From: Selaginella moellendorffii
Lineage: Eukaryota; Plantae; Lycopodiophyta
Direction: 5' to 3'
DNA: 64,000 nucleotides
NCBI RefSeq assembly: GCF_000143415.4
Contig: NW_003314353.1
Coordinates: forward strand, 467,785 to 531,784
This document shows positions 42,273-55,100 of this stretch, one piece after another. A model generated the notes under the pieces. That model saw nothing but the letters and a program-made list of their open reading frames with translations. It ran no database searches and was not told the origin of the DNA. How positions within the stretch are numbered: the first letter of the stretch is position 1; the number at the start of each line of letters is the position of its first letter. Made by a program: the position numbers and the translations under genes.

Positions 42273-44140
42273 ATGGAAGAGAAGCCGTCCGGCAGCGGCA
42301 GCGGCAGCGATGGCGGGATTGAGGAGCCGCTGCTCAAGGACAGTGAGGCGAAAGGAACTCACGAGGATCACGAGGATGAGACGGGTAAGGCGCCGATCGA
42401 AGAGCAGGGTTTCAGGGGCTACAACTATGGCGCCAGGCCATACAGGGACATCGCATTCGCGATCGTGTTCATCCTCGCGGCTCTAGCTACGCTTGGATTC
42501 GGCATTTTCGCAATCGTCCACCACAATTCCGATTTCCAGTGGTCGGAGCCGGCTCACTATCTTCGCAACCAGAGCCGATGCACGGTCGCCCATTCCAATC
42601 CCTCCGCGAAGCTGGATTTCCTTCTAAGTCACCCGGGCAGGATCTCGTCGTGGAGAACGCTTGCTAGCGTTGTTCTTCCGGAGAGAGTGTCCAGCAGCCA
42701 CGGCTTTGCGGTGGCACTCATCTCCTCCCTCGCCGTCACTCTCGTGCTGAGCGTTCCAATCGTTCTAGCTCTCGTCTGGCTGCTCCGCCACTACACCAAA
42801 GAGATTGTTTACGTGAGCCTCCCTCTCTTCATCCTCTTCCCCGTGGCTCTCAACATCCTTTGGTTCGTGGCTTGCGCCAAAGACAGCGAGTGCCAAGACA
42901 GCGTCAGTCTCCCCGTTCGCATCTTGTTCTTCGTCTTCATCTTCGCCTTCTGTGCGATCATAGTCTGGATCATCTTCGCCAACTTTGCTCGCGTTGAGCT
43001 CACCGTGAGGGTCATCACCACGGCGTCCGAGGCTCTTTACAGGAATCTCTCGCTGTTGCTAGTGGTTCCCAGTTTGTCGCTGGTACTGCTCGTCTTCTAC
43101 GTCCCCGCCGCGTTCTTCCTGGTTTTCTCTTACATGAATGGGAAGTATGTCCCCAATGCTGATTTGAGAGATCGACCTGAGCTTCCCTGCGGTAGAGGGA
43201 CGAGTCGAGAGTGCTGCGAGTGGAATGTCGAGAGTTGGGTTCCCGCTTACATGACTTTGGCTGCTTTGTTCGTTGTCTGGGCGACTTGTGTAGTTGCACA
43301 AGTTAAAGTTTACACCATTAGTGGTACCATTAGTCAGTGGTACTTTGCGGAGGTTGATACGCACACGATTGGAGCTATGAGAAGATCGCTTGGGTAAGCT
43401 ACGCTCTCTTTTCTTTTTTGTTGGAAGGAAAAGTTGATGGAACTTCTTTCTTTGTGCTTTCAGGCAAGCATTTAGTTCCTCGTTTGGGACTATATGCTTC
43501 TCGGGCTTGCTCTTCGCGTTTGTGCGTCTCATTCGCAATGCGGTGGACACTGCCAAGGACAGCCAGGAAGGTGAGGGTCTGGCTATGTCTTTCCTGCGCT
43601 GTTGCTACGAGTGGCTACTCCAAGCCATTGAATTTGTCACCAAGTTCACGGTCGACTTCGCTGCGATCACTGGAGAAGGCTTTTGTTCGTCCGCTGCGAG
43701 AACGTACGAGCTTTTGAAACGCAATCTTCTGTCGACGGTGTTTGTGGAGGTGATTTCCACCAGGCTCCTCGGTGGCGTGATGGTTGTAGTCTCGATCATC
43801 TACGCGGTTGCAGTAAGTCTATCGACGTTTTCCTCTGTTCGTAATTGTCTGAGTGTTTTATCCACAGGTTTGGGGTATTCTACTTGGTACTACCAGTCTC
43901 GACAGCGGTATCTACATTGTCACTGTGCTATCCGGCGCTTTGCTACTGCTGATACTCTCCATTTATATCGCGATCATGAACATCATCGTCGACACTGTTT
44001 ACATCTGCTATGCAATGGACAAAGACCGAGGCGTGGTCTCCAAGCCAGAAGCTCATGACGTCTACGTTCTTCTTCCGGTATCGCAAGACGAGAGAGCCTC
44101 CTTGGCTGTTCAACAGGGCAAAGACGACTCCCCCGTCTGA
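42273..44140 (+). CDS. Choline transporter-like (CTL/SLC44) membrane protein, 3 exons
   Basis: RPYRDIAFAIVF, multiple TM helices, ISGTISQWYF, SSFGTICFSGLL, FAAITGEGFCSSA, IVDTVYICYAMD. Confidence 0.88.
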
Positions 44141-44261
44141 GCTAAATTGGACATGTACGTATTGTGTACTATCTTGGTTTGTTCTCGCTAAAGGTTTTCA
44201 GGATTTCGCTATTGCTTTGGAGGAACGAACAAAAAGAAAAAAAAAAGGTAAGTGTCGGTAA

Positions 44262-45288
44262 CTAGTCCTCCTCGTTGTCTAGTCGTGCTATGTACTGATC
44301 ATAAAACTTTGCTGCGTTTTCCAGGTCTCCCAGCTCCGTGTAGCAGTCCGCAATCGCTCCCAGAGCCTCAGTGTATCCACTGTGCTCGCCGGAGAGATGG
44401 GCGATGGTGAGCACCATGCTATGGTGCTTTATGGCCTCTCGAAACTTCCCTTGTCTCTGGCAAGAAGCTCCTGCAAGGTACACACGAAGTTTCTCTCAGT
44501 GATTTGCTGCAAGGCCGCAGGAAGAAAAATCAAAAGAGGTGGCGGAAGGGAAGTTTACCGAGGCCTCGAGCAGCTTTCTTCTGCTCGACGCGATCGTTGA
44601 GTTCCTTGGCGAGAGCCATCGCCTTTTGGAACTCGTCAAAGGCGGCCTGTGGATTCTTCTCGCGGAGGAACCTCTTGCCGCCTCTCAAGCGATTCGTGAG
44701 CTCCTGCTTGGCGGGATCGAGCGCGGTGGCCTGTGGAAGATCTTGCGAGCGGCCCAGAGTAGCGGGGGCGTACGTGAGACTCGGCGCATACGTCTCCACC
44801 TGGTACTGTCTCCTCATCTTTGCAAAGATTTGCCGCAGCTGGCCATTGATCTTCTCCACTTCGAGCTTGCGCTGCCTGGCCAGAGTCCCTGCAAGGAAAG
44901 TGGAAATCAAGCTGGTTTTCTTCTCGAGAGCTAAAGAGTTTTTTTTTTTTCTTTCTCTTTGGATACCTCCCACTGCGGCACCAACGAGAGCCACTGCCTG
45001 AAGCACGCAGGCTATGGCGATGACAGTGTAGGCGTTGTTATCACCAAAGCTCAAGCACAGGGAAGAGGGATCATCGGCAGCAGCCAGCGCGAGGCCGGGG
45101 TTTAAATTCGCGAGGGCGAATGCCGCGAATGTGAGTGGAATTCCAATTCGCAGCTCCTGCTTGGAGAGAGATTGCTTCTTTTCTTTCGTTACCTTGCATT
45201 TTGTGGTGGCAATCCCCTCTTTGGCTCCTTTGTCCCAGCGAGGGATTGGAGAGATTGGACACAGTGCCAGGGAAGAAGCCACACTCAT
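44262..45288 (-). CDS. FLU: FLUORESCENT IN BLUE LIGHT (TPR protein, repressor of ALA synthesis), 3 exons
   Basis: ALVGAAVGG/LARQRKLEVEKINGQLRQI..YAPSLTYAP, KKAARGLGAS.QRQGK.REAI, GAIADCYTELGDLE.AAKFYD.YIARL. Confidence 0.92.
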
Positions 45289-46732
45289 GACGGATAAACC
45301 CTAAATCTCTGAAGAATGTTAAAAAGGGGTAAAGTTTTTCTTTTTTTTTTAACTTTTAGTAAGACCAAAAACTAAAACTTGAAGATATTTTATTTAGTAA
45401 GATAAATCTTGAAGAACCTTTATCAGGGATCAAACAATGATTCTTCAAATATCTCACATAAGAAATGGTACAGTTTGATAAATGTGAGCTTTTAAAGTAT
45501 ATTTCTTGAATAAATCTTCCCCAAACTGATCGAAGACATTTGTGGGGTCTTCTTTAGAGAAATCCCAACCTGGAGCACTGTCTATCCATTCAGTATGCCA
45601 AATCAAGCTCTCCAAGTCGAGGCACACCATCCTTCTGTACCATTTATCATCAAGTATCCAACCTACAGGCAGTGCTATTCCCTTCCAAATCCCCAGACTT
45701 GAATCATATATATAATCCATCAACCCCTAGTTGATCATCAGGTAAAAATCAAAGAATTTTCTCTCTGCTCACCAAGCACTAGTCTTTTTTTGTGATTCAT
45801 ATATATCCACCTCAAGAATTATACCTCAACACCACAGGGATCTAGGCATACATACAAGCCTCAATCATCAAAGACAAGCACAGATATAACAAAGGCAAAG
45901 AAAGCTACATTGCAAAGGATGGAGCAGAATCTACTTCCCATCACAGGAATTGTACTCACACGAGATGAGGAAAGAGAAAGATCAGGGTGAGCTGTGTTAC
46001 TGCCTAACTAACGTATGTAACGCCCAGCCAAGCCCGTTCACCTCTTCATGTCAGCGAGAGTGAGCAGAGCTTCTATAGAAAAGTGGGGAAACAAAAGCTT
46101 GCATTGAGGCATGGTGGCAATGTCTCCAGTGTGTCATTCCTGCTGCTGAAATCACCCAATTGATCATTGTTGTAAGTTAAAATCTGAAGTGAACTAAAGA
46201 ACTCTGAAGAAAGATCACCCAATGAAAGAAAAGAAATAGGAAACATAGAGCAAGTGATACTACTCTTCAAGCCTTTTTTTTAGGGCAGCGATTTTTAGAT
46301 TTATTGTGTTGCCTCCAGTGGCAAAACGCTTGAAAGAATGTAAAATGCTTTAAATTCTATCCAGCCAGAGCTAGAAAAAAGAGCCCAATGCAAGCAGCCC
46401 AAATTCAAAGAGTCATATAAGGAAAGCTTATGGCAGAACCGAGTAATATGTTTGTTTTTGAGCTTTTGACGCACAAGTAACAAAGTTAAATTTTCTGGTT
46501 TAGGTTACAGAAATGGGCTTTAGTTATTACCTAGTTCTAGAAAAGAGTGGACTGCCATGGATATATATGATATAAGGCTGTCCAATTGTCTTCATGGTTT
46601 GTGGCAAGAGCTATTTGCTAGGTATACTTTCATTCTCTTCATGTTGACAAAAATTATCTTTTGGATTAATAAGGTTATTGATGTGTTGAGGAGCTGGGTA
46701 AAAAATTCAAAAATGAACAGTAGGGTAGTATT

Positions 46733-47106
46733 CTCTCCTCCCTTGTGAAGTCAAAACTGCCTTTGCTCCAAGGCAGGAGTTCGCTCTGCAGTTTCTCCAT
46801 ACATTGCCTGGTTCTTGAAAGCTTTATGTTCACTTTCTTAGTAAGTTTCAATCTCGAAGCGAATGCCACCTTACAAAGTCTTCTAGCACAGAATACAATC
46901 TTAAAGTAAAAGAGAATATTACTTTATAAACGAGTGTTAATATACCTTGGAATTTCAAATGTCTTTCAAGATTAGATCCCGAAAACTTGTCGGAGATATA
47001 TTGCAACATTTGGTTCTTTTTTTCTAGCTCTGGCTGGATAGAAGAGGTAATTAGTTTTTCTCCAAAGAAATGAGCTTAGCTCCAGTATCCTGGTTTTCAA
47101 ACGAAG
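46733..47106 (-). pseudogene. Heavily deleted mini-copy of the neighbouring Rab3GAP gene
   Basis: 46733-46891 matches 49605-49810, 46943-47063 matches 50793-50918, and 47076-47106 matches 52096-52126. All three blocks are in the same order and orientation. Confidence 0.85.
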
Positions 47107-48106
47107 ACAAAGAAAAAAGAATTTCTAGTTGACGAACAGACATACCAGCAAAGCATTCTGCCACTCTCAGCTAATTTCAAATATTATGATTTGCAATGAG
47201 GGCACACTTTCGTTTCGCTCGCGCGAAGGACTGGAGAGGATCAGCCGCAGCCGTGGGTTGAGAAAGATCCATTGGCCGTTACTGCCTAAGTATCGTAATG
47301 CCCAGCCAACCTCTTGGAGCGAGCCCAGCGGAGCTCATATAGGAATTGCCAGGAAGTGGGAAAGTTTGCGCTGGGCGATGGTTCCAAGGGTGGTAGTGTT
47401 GATACAACTTGTTCTGCATAGATTGCTTGCGGCCAGTGTGCCATTCCTGCTGGTGACAAAATCACAAATCAAGAATTTGGTTTATGAACAAAATCAAGAA
47501 TGCTTTGAGTAAGAAGGAAATTCATACTAAAGTAAGTCTAGTTTTTTAAATACATTCTAGAATCTTCCTTAATAATTTATTTGAGATGATAGTGTATATA
47601 TCTAGAATATGCTTAAATATTCTAGGATATTCTACAATCTAAAAGTTATTATTTATAAATATGTTTATAATTTAAAAAAATTTCTAAACACTTCTTAGCA
47701 TATTCTATTTTATTCTAGATTAATCTTATGTTTATAAATTATAAATATGTTTTAATTATTAAATTCTATTTGGTCAATTAAATACTAATTAAGCAAACAA
47801 AGTGTTATTACATGCAGTAAATTATTAATTTCATTAAAATTCGTTAGTTAAATTTTAAAAACATTGACCACTTTTGAATTATTGACCCCTATTGAAGTAT
47901 TGACTGTAGCTCTAACGGTGCCGCGAAGATTCAAGCTTTGAAAGTGAACCGAAACTTCCCTCTTCTTGTCTCAGGTCAGGTTCGAAACACTATAAAAACC
48001 TCATGCTTTGATATGAACAATAAACTCAAGGGAATTTGTAGCAAGCTCCACTCCTAGTTTTCTGCAGTCACTTGAAAGTTTTCTGCTAGGCTTCTCCTGC
48101 TCTGAA

Positions 48107-48364
48107 ATGGCGATATCAAGGATGGTTTATGTGGCTGTGATCTTGGCCGTGCTCCTCCTGTTTCTTCATGGCACTGCTGCTGCCAGGCCCTTCCAGTCTG
48201 TGAGCACCATCAACACAGTGGATTCAAAACCAGCCTTGTTGCCAAGCAGAGCAAAAAAATCTCCAGCCATTTCATCAGGATCACCAGGAATTATCAATAG
48301 TAATGGAAAAGCAGGAAGAACACCACCAGCAACAAAGGAAAGAAAACCAGCATATAACAACTAA
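48107..48364 (+). CDS. Putative small secreted peptide precursor (85 aa)
   Basis: Hydrophobic signal peptide ending TAAA/RP, Cys-free Pro/Ser/Lys-rich body, C-terminus RKPAYNN, single exon, TATAAAAA at about 47991. Confidence 0.7.
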   Translation: MAISRMVYVAVILAVLLLFLHGTAAARPFQSVSTINTVDSKPALLPSRAKKSPAISSGSPGIINSNGKAGRTPPATKERKPAYNN

Positions 48365-48702
48365 ATGCATCTCAAAGGCCATGCTAAACCATAATTTTAA
48401 ATCTAACACTAGCTACTGTACAATTGCCAAAAGCAGTCTCTTTTTATGCAAATAGCAATGGCCAGCTTCAAGGCCCTCGAACAAACTATAGAGAAATCTG
48501 CCATGGTTCTTTGTTGACGTAAATGTGCCGCGTAAAACTTTACCATCCTTTAATTCACTGACCATTGACCAAGACGTTGATATAATTGACCACGAGCATT
48601 GACTCACATAAACTGTGACCACAACTGTTAAAAGCAGGTGGGTATTTCTTTACTTTTTCGTTTTCATCTTAGTACGACAGTATTCACAAGCTTCGTAATG
48701 TT

Positions 48703-51700
48703 TTAGTCGTGGGAAGTGGAGGACAGGGCGATTTGCAAATCGTCCGCCGTTCCACACGCAAACATTCGATGAGAGCAGCCTCGTTTTGGGGCCGAGGAGC
48801 TGGAGCTGGAGCTCCTCTTGGTCTTGTTCTTGCTGCCACCGCCACCGCCACCGCCGCCGCCATAGACAGCTTCCTTCTCGTAGCAAGTCAGGAGCACGTC
48901 CCTGTAGAGGGGCTCGTGCCCGTTTAAGAAGTTGCCCATTCGCAAGCTCTCCTCCCACGTCTCGCTCACGCTCTGCGAGCTAAACAGCTTCTCCGCTACC
49001 ATCTCTCGGTCCCTGTATGAGAGCAAGGGCGCCGATGATGATGCTACTCCCTGGCAAAGGAAAACAATGGTCAGCTGAGAACTTTTACAAGAACATAGCT
49101 TCGGATTTGCGTTTGTTTGTCTACCTCTGTGCAGCGAAAGATCGAACTCAGCAGCGACTCCGACGCCTCTGGTAGCTTTTGACGCAACGACGCAGCTTCC
49201 GCAACCGCATCCTCGAGTTTCTCGAACGCAGCACACAGTTGCTTTAAGTCTCGCTCCCATTCGCTAATGTGGTGCTGCGCGTCCTTGTCTAGAAAACAAA
49301 ACAGAGAACACTGAGCTGGTCTAGTGGAAACATTCATAAGAAGACTCTACCTGGGATGGAAAGGCTTCCGAGAGGTGCTAAGGCCGCTGCCATTATCGCG
49401 TAGAACTCGTCAAAACGTTCAACCACAGGCTGGAGTTTGCATCCGGGAGTTCTCCACAGCACGTCCGTGGCAGCGACGAAAGCAGTGGATACAATATGTG
49501 CTAAAAGCTGATGAGGCTTCAGCGTTTCAAGGTAATGAAGAACCTGAAGAAACAGAAAAACTGTGGGTAAAAAGCTCAAAAGCGAACGGTAAGATAGTTA
49601 CCTTCTCTCCCTCCCTTGTGAAGTCAAAAATTGGCCTTTGCTCCGACGCAGGAGTTGGCTCTGCAGTCTCCCATATTTGCGCCCATACATTACCCGGTTC
49701 TCCCATTCGTCTCGAAAGCTTTCCTTTAGCTTTCTTAGTCTTTGAATCCGAGCCGTCGTCGTCAATCCAATCTCGAGGAGAGTGCCACCTTACAAAGTCT
49801 TCTAGCACAGCACCTGGATTTGCCGCCTTAAAAGCAGCCATATCTGATCATTCACAATACAATGAGAATGCAGTCTGCAACAAAAAAGAGCAAACACACC
49901 TGAAGCTAGAATATCACTTTGTAAGCGAATTCGGGCAGCTTTACCCTGTGTGAGTTCCAACCTGAGCACTTGAAACACTAAAACTTCATTATACTTACAC
50001 TAGGAGAGTTCTCTAGAGCTACCAGTGCGTGTTCCCGTTCCTCTAACATGTCCTCAGTCATAATTGGCGGAGTCTGGCAGCAGAAAATAACATAAGTTTC
50101 TGGAAAACAACGTGTGTGGCACTTACCTGTGTCATAGGCACATGGAGAGGCTTATTCGAGCTTGACAAAACTAAATTGCCAAACGGTCCCGCTGAGCCTT
50201 TCCTGTGTTCGTTATTAAAGAACAAGTCTATATTCAGGTTGTCATCTACGCTGGATAACTTGGTCTTTTTTGAGCTCGAGGATAGCTCTGCATCATTACT
50301 TCCCGTCTCCTACAATGCAATTGCGTTAGAGAGACATTGTTCAAGGATGTGCTGACACAGCCTCACCTTTCTAGCTGATGTTTCTCCCTTAGCGCCATCA
50401 GAAGCTTTTCTTAGTTTGATACACGTTGCGAGCTAAATGTTAAGGACAACATTAACACTTGGAAGAAAAAAATTCATGAGCTTACCATCTGCAGCTTCTG
50501 TTGGCTTAAGCACGTCGAGAAATCCGGAGTTTCGTCAGCTAAAGTTCTTGGCAACAGTTGCCGCTCCTCCCAACACCAATTCACTTCTCGTAAAAACTCA
50601 ATCCAGAGTTGAGCAATAGCTCGGATGTTGCAATCGCCAAACCATAACACATGTAGACAAAAACGACCAAACAGCGAATCCGGTGGTGCTGCTTTGATCA
50701 TACGAGCACTTTCATTGGCGTATCCAAAAGCCTTAGGCGCTGGTATAAGACCAAAAAAGGTTTTCAGAAAGTCGCTTTCAAACTGTAAGATCTACCTTGG
50801 AAAAATATGTCTTTCAAAATTCGATCTAGAACAGTAGTCGGAGGTACCTTGCAAGACTGTATATTCTTTTCTAGCTCAGGCTTAGTCACTGGATAGAGGG
50901 TAATTAGCTTTTTCTCCATACAGCTGGTAGAAAAAAACGAGCTTACCATTTACAAAATCTTCCATAAATTCCGTTTCTTTCGAGAAAACAAATGCCTGAA
51001 CTAGTCGTCTCAATCTCCCAGTGAAACCAGATGCTTCATCTCCATTCTCGTGTCTGTAACGTGGATTTCAGAGAAGTCAACTCGTTTGTAAGTCTCACGT
51101 ACCGAGTAAGAAGCGGTCTTAGCATCCAGCGGTCTGCATCGAATGTAGAAGCATTCTCAAACTCCGCCATCTCGAAAGAGTTCGACACATACCTGCTTCT
51201 CCAAACAGCAATCAGCTCGAAACCTGCATAGAAGACACCAAATCAGAGCGACAGCGATGACCAAAAGTTACATGCCTTTTATAGGATCTTCCACGGAGTG
51301 CCACTCGGCCCACTGAAAGTTATCATCCCACAGGGATGTGTCGACCATTTCACTGTCTTGGCCGTCTCCTTGTTCTCCTGCGAGTAGCCCGTGTTCGAAT
51401 AAATAATGCGAAGTTGCATATGTTAGTCTCATGGTGAATCCCAGCCTCGGTACGTCTTCTGCAGCACCCTTCAATAATCAACGCTACAGAAGATGAAAAA
51501 CTTGAATTGAAACACTAAACATGCGCAAAAGCAAGCATACCAGTTTGGACATGAACAAGTCGTACAGTCCCTCCAGGTGCATTAGCTTTATTGGTACCTG
51601 TCTCCCAATCCTGTCAGCTTCAAATTTTATCGACGAGAGGCCTTCCAAGCTTTCGATTCCCATGTACGCTTTCCGGGTTGGATCGTGCACAGGTACAAAA

Positions 51701-52395
51701 ACAGGCCACGAGCTGAAAACACAGAGCATAATCAACCGAACGAACAACAAAAAGTAAAGAGCGACAGACCTTCCACAGTTTGATAATGCAATCGAGACTG
51801 TGCTCAGCAGCATGGTTGCCTCCGGAGCATCAAGAAGAACGCCACTCAAACTGACCGGCGCGATCAGCTGGAAAAAAAAGCAACCAAGGAATGAAGTTTC
51901 AATGCGTGAAAACACAAACTCACCACAAAATCGTGCACTCCAAACCAGAGCTGCAAATGATGTAAGCCCTCTTGCCAGTCTTCCGCTCCATGTCTACTAC
52001 TTCTTTCACCGAAGAAGAACTCGAGGCGATAGTTTTTCTGTCCCTGTGAAACTTCCGTGTGCACAGAGTATAAATCCAGAAGATCCTCCACACGTTTAGC
52101 TCCAGCATCCTGGTTTTCATACGAAGTAAAAGGGAAAAAATTCCAGTTTCAGCGACGAAATTCCTACCAGCAATGCATTCTTTCCAGCGTTCTGCCACTC
52201 CAGGCACGCCGACTCCACAGCTGCGATGAATCTACACGCACACAGCGCAATCATCAACAGCCCTACAAGAATCCTCGACCAAACCTCTCCCACGACGACG
52301 ACACAGTGAAGTCCTTGAATCCGTCGAGCTAATCGCAAATAATGTGAGCACTTCGGTACGATCAAGCACACGCATACCTCCTCCGCGTCCTCCAT
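48703..52395 (-). CDS. RAB3GAP1: Rab3 GTPase-activating protein catalytic subunit (multi-exon)
   Basis: HLQLWFGV, WPVFVPVHDP, GDCNIRAIAQLWIEFLREV.WCWE, MAAFKAANPGAVLEDFVRWHSPRDW, C-terminal HRMF..GT.DDL.IALS. Confidence 0.9.
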
Positions 52396-52448
52396 TTCTG
52401 TGCGCCCTAGCTGCCCTAAAAGTAAAATAGTTTAAGGAATTTCGCTAG

Positions 52449-52473
52449 AACCCTAAATCGCCTGCCACGTGGC
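52449..52473. promoter_or_regulatory. Telo-box and palindromic G-box upstream of Rab3GAP
   Basis: AACCCTAA at 52449 and GCCACGTGGC at 52464. Telo-box-like motifs also lie just upstream of PDS, CTL, FLU and UGP3. Confidence 0.45.
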
Positions 52474-52674
52474 ATACATTCCCCTATATATTTAAACGAA
52501 AGAGCCCGTATAATAATGGCATATACTGGCGTCACTTATTCTGGGCATATGCCAAAATCTAACGGCTGAGATTAAACAATGGAGAGCTGTGACTTTTGGT
52601 ATCATAAAAACTTTCAATTGTCTTTTAGGGCGCGTGACCACGAGGAGAGAGCGTCGATCATCGCTTGTGGGAAG

Positions 52675-52677
<3 letters not shown>

Positions 52678-52713
<36 letters not shown>

Positions 52714-54085
52714 CTGTGTGTGTGTGTGTGTTTGATGCGGTCTTCATTGCAGAGCACCTCAGAGCTACAGTCAGCTGTACGTGAAGATCTGAAGCTGCTA
52801 CCGATTGAAAAGCTCAGGAAACCGTTGTCAATGGCCACGCGCCGGAAAAAATGACAGTCTTTTTTCGAGACTCTCAAGCCCCTATTTGTTCCAGGTTCTC
52901 GAGGCTGGAACCACGCCTAGCATCAAGGTTTTTCACTCTCTTGCTTTTTGCTAATCTCTTTCGAGGCTTAAAGTTCCTGTTTGTTCCAGGTCTGCCTCTG
53001 TGTGTGTGTGTGTTTGATGCGGTCTTCATTGCAGAGCACCTCAGAGCTACAGTCAGCTGTACGTGAAGATCTGAAGCTGCTACCGCTTGAAAAGCTCAGG
53101 AAACCGTTGTCAATGGCCACGCGCCGGAAAAAATGACAGTCTTTTTTCGAGACTCTCAAGCCCCTATTTGTTCCAGGTTCTCGAGGCTGGAACCACGCCT
53201 AGAATCAAGGTTTTTCACTCTCTTGCTTTTTGCTAATCTCTTTCGAGGTTTAAAGTGCCTGTTTGTTCCAGGTGCTCGAGGCTGGAACCAAGAGAAAAAA
53301 AAGAAATTTTCGTCCCTGTACTTCTCCTCGGGACAGCCACAGCTCCACGGCCGTCGGGTCTAAGCTCTATTTTTTTCGAGTCTCTCAAGCCCCTATTTGT
53401 TCCACGTTCTCGAGGCTGGAACCACGACTAGAATCAAGGTTTTTCACTCTCTTGCTTTTTGCTAATCTCTTTCGAGGCTTAAAGTGCCTGTTTGTTCCAG
53501 GTGCTCGAGGCTGGAACCAAGAGAAAAAAAAGAAATTTTCGCCCCTGTACTTCTCCTCGGGACAGCCACAGCTCCACGGCCGTCGGGTCTAAGCTCTATT
53601 TTTTTCGAGTCTCTCAAGTCCCTGTTTGTTCCAGGTTCTCGAGGCTGGAACCACGACTAGAATCAAGGTTTTTCACTCTCTTGCTTTTTGCTAATCTCTT
53701 TCGAGGCTTAAAGTGCCTGTTTGTTCCAGGTGCTCGAGGCTGGAACCAAGAGAAAAAAAAGAAATTTTCGTCCCTGTACTTCTCCTCGGGACAGCCACAG
53801 CTCCACGGCCGTCGGGTCTAAGCTCTATTTTTTTCGAGTCTCTCAAGTCCCTGTTTGTTCCAGGTTCTCGAGGCTGGAACCACGACTAGAATCAAGGTTT
53901 TTCACTCTCTTGCTTTTTGCTATTCTCTTTCGAGGCTTAAAGTGCCTGTTTGTTCCAGGTCTGCCTCTGTGTGTGTGTGTTTGATGCGGTCTTCATTGCA
54001 GAGCACCTCAGAGCTACAGTCAGCTGTACGTGAAGATCTGAAGCTGCTACCGATTGAAAAGCTCAGAGACTCTCAAGTCCCTCTT
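52678..54085 (+). repeat. Modular tandem array A-B-A-B-C-B-C-B-C-B-A (periods 282 and 229 bp) after a (CT)n(GT)n tract
   Basis: Near-identical blocks. Block C encodes TSPRDSHSSTAVGSKLYFF (kelch-like). Confidence 0.9.
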
Positions 54086-54089
54086 TTGC

Positions 54090-54617
54090 AGAGTGGGTGC
54101 TAATACATGGTCCCTACTTTACACTCCTATAACGCAAAAGCTACAGGCTCAAAGAGGGGTATAAACTGGTGAAGTGCAATGATTTCCCTCCTCGGAAACG
54201 GTAGTGTGGTTGCTCTAGGATCTGACTGGTCTGTAAGCCTGTCAAATACTTTTTCTTCGGCGTTACATGAATGGTTTGTCTCAAGGTGGTAGCAGTGAAT
54301 CCACTTGGAGGAATCCGCACAGCCGTGGAGAGAACACTTCAGGCTGGAGTCATCCCGAGGAAAGGATTTCTGCATGGGACGTAGTGGCAGGGTAAGAGAT
54401 AACAGATGAGAAACTGAAATGCAGTTTTTGTTTTTGGATTCACAGGTACACATCCTCGGCTGTGTATGCAGCTGCATTGGAGGATTTGGTTGGGTCGCTG
54501 ACGCCAGGAAATTTTGCTGACTTTGTGGTGTTGTCCGAGTCTCCTTTTGGACAGGGCACGGGCATTTTTCCTCCAGTGGTTGTGTTCGTTGGTGGAAGTT
54601 TTGCCTTCCCTTCTTAA
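54090..54617 (+). pseudogene. C-terminal fragment of a LAF3-like amidohydrolase-3
   Basis: LGSDW, LGGIRTAVER, YTSSAVYAAALEDLVGSLTPGNFADFVVLS; introns retained. Confidence 0.7.
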
Positions 54618-54659
54618 GGCGTTATTCCATAATTATTTGGTCTTTTAAATATAGCATAT

Positions 54660-55100
54660 TTGCGAGAAGATTGGTGAGGAGAAAGCAGCCAGAATCATCA
54701 AGCAGCTGGTAAAGACCTTCAAAGGGCGTGGTTCACCAGAATCTCAAGCTCGACAACATTCTTTCCAAGCTAAACATGCATGACAAGTGGTGATCAGCAC
54801 CTTTAGGAGATATCACAACAGCAAAGTACATGGCAGCTGAGGTGGTGGAGAACAAGGATTGGAGCTCTACATGGCAGCCATCGAAATGTGGGGGCTAGGA
54901 GCAATTTTATACAAGACGCTGGGAAAGGGAAGATACCAGCCAATGGAAGCATTTGATCTCGTGTGACAGGGGGCGACCTCTGTTTCGGATCCACGGCCAA
55001 CATCTTAGAAAGGAGATCCTCCGCTGCAAACAAGCAAGGACCAATCAGGTTCAGGTTCGATCAGGTTCTGCAACACCCATGGATTTGTCAAAAATTGCAG
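54660..55100 (+). pseudogene. CAMK/CDPK-type Ser/Thr kinase fragment with an internal microinversion
   Basis: EKAARIIKQLV, GVVHQNLKLDNIL, WGLGAILY and QVLQHPWI on the + strand; AEDLLSKMLAVDPKQR on the - strand. Confidence 0.7.

Noticed and set aside
45454-45723. 89-aa Trp-rich ORF, possibly an F-box/kelch tail
   Set aside because: No diagnostic motif could be confirmed.
52707-54085. Repeat-spacer (CRISPR-like) reading of the A/B/C array
   Set aside because: Blocks are 100-150 bp and the intervening blocks are themselves repeated.
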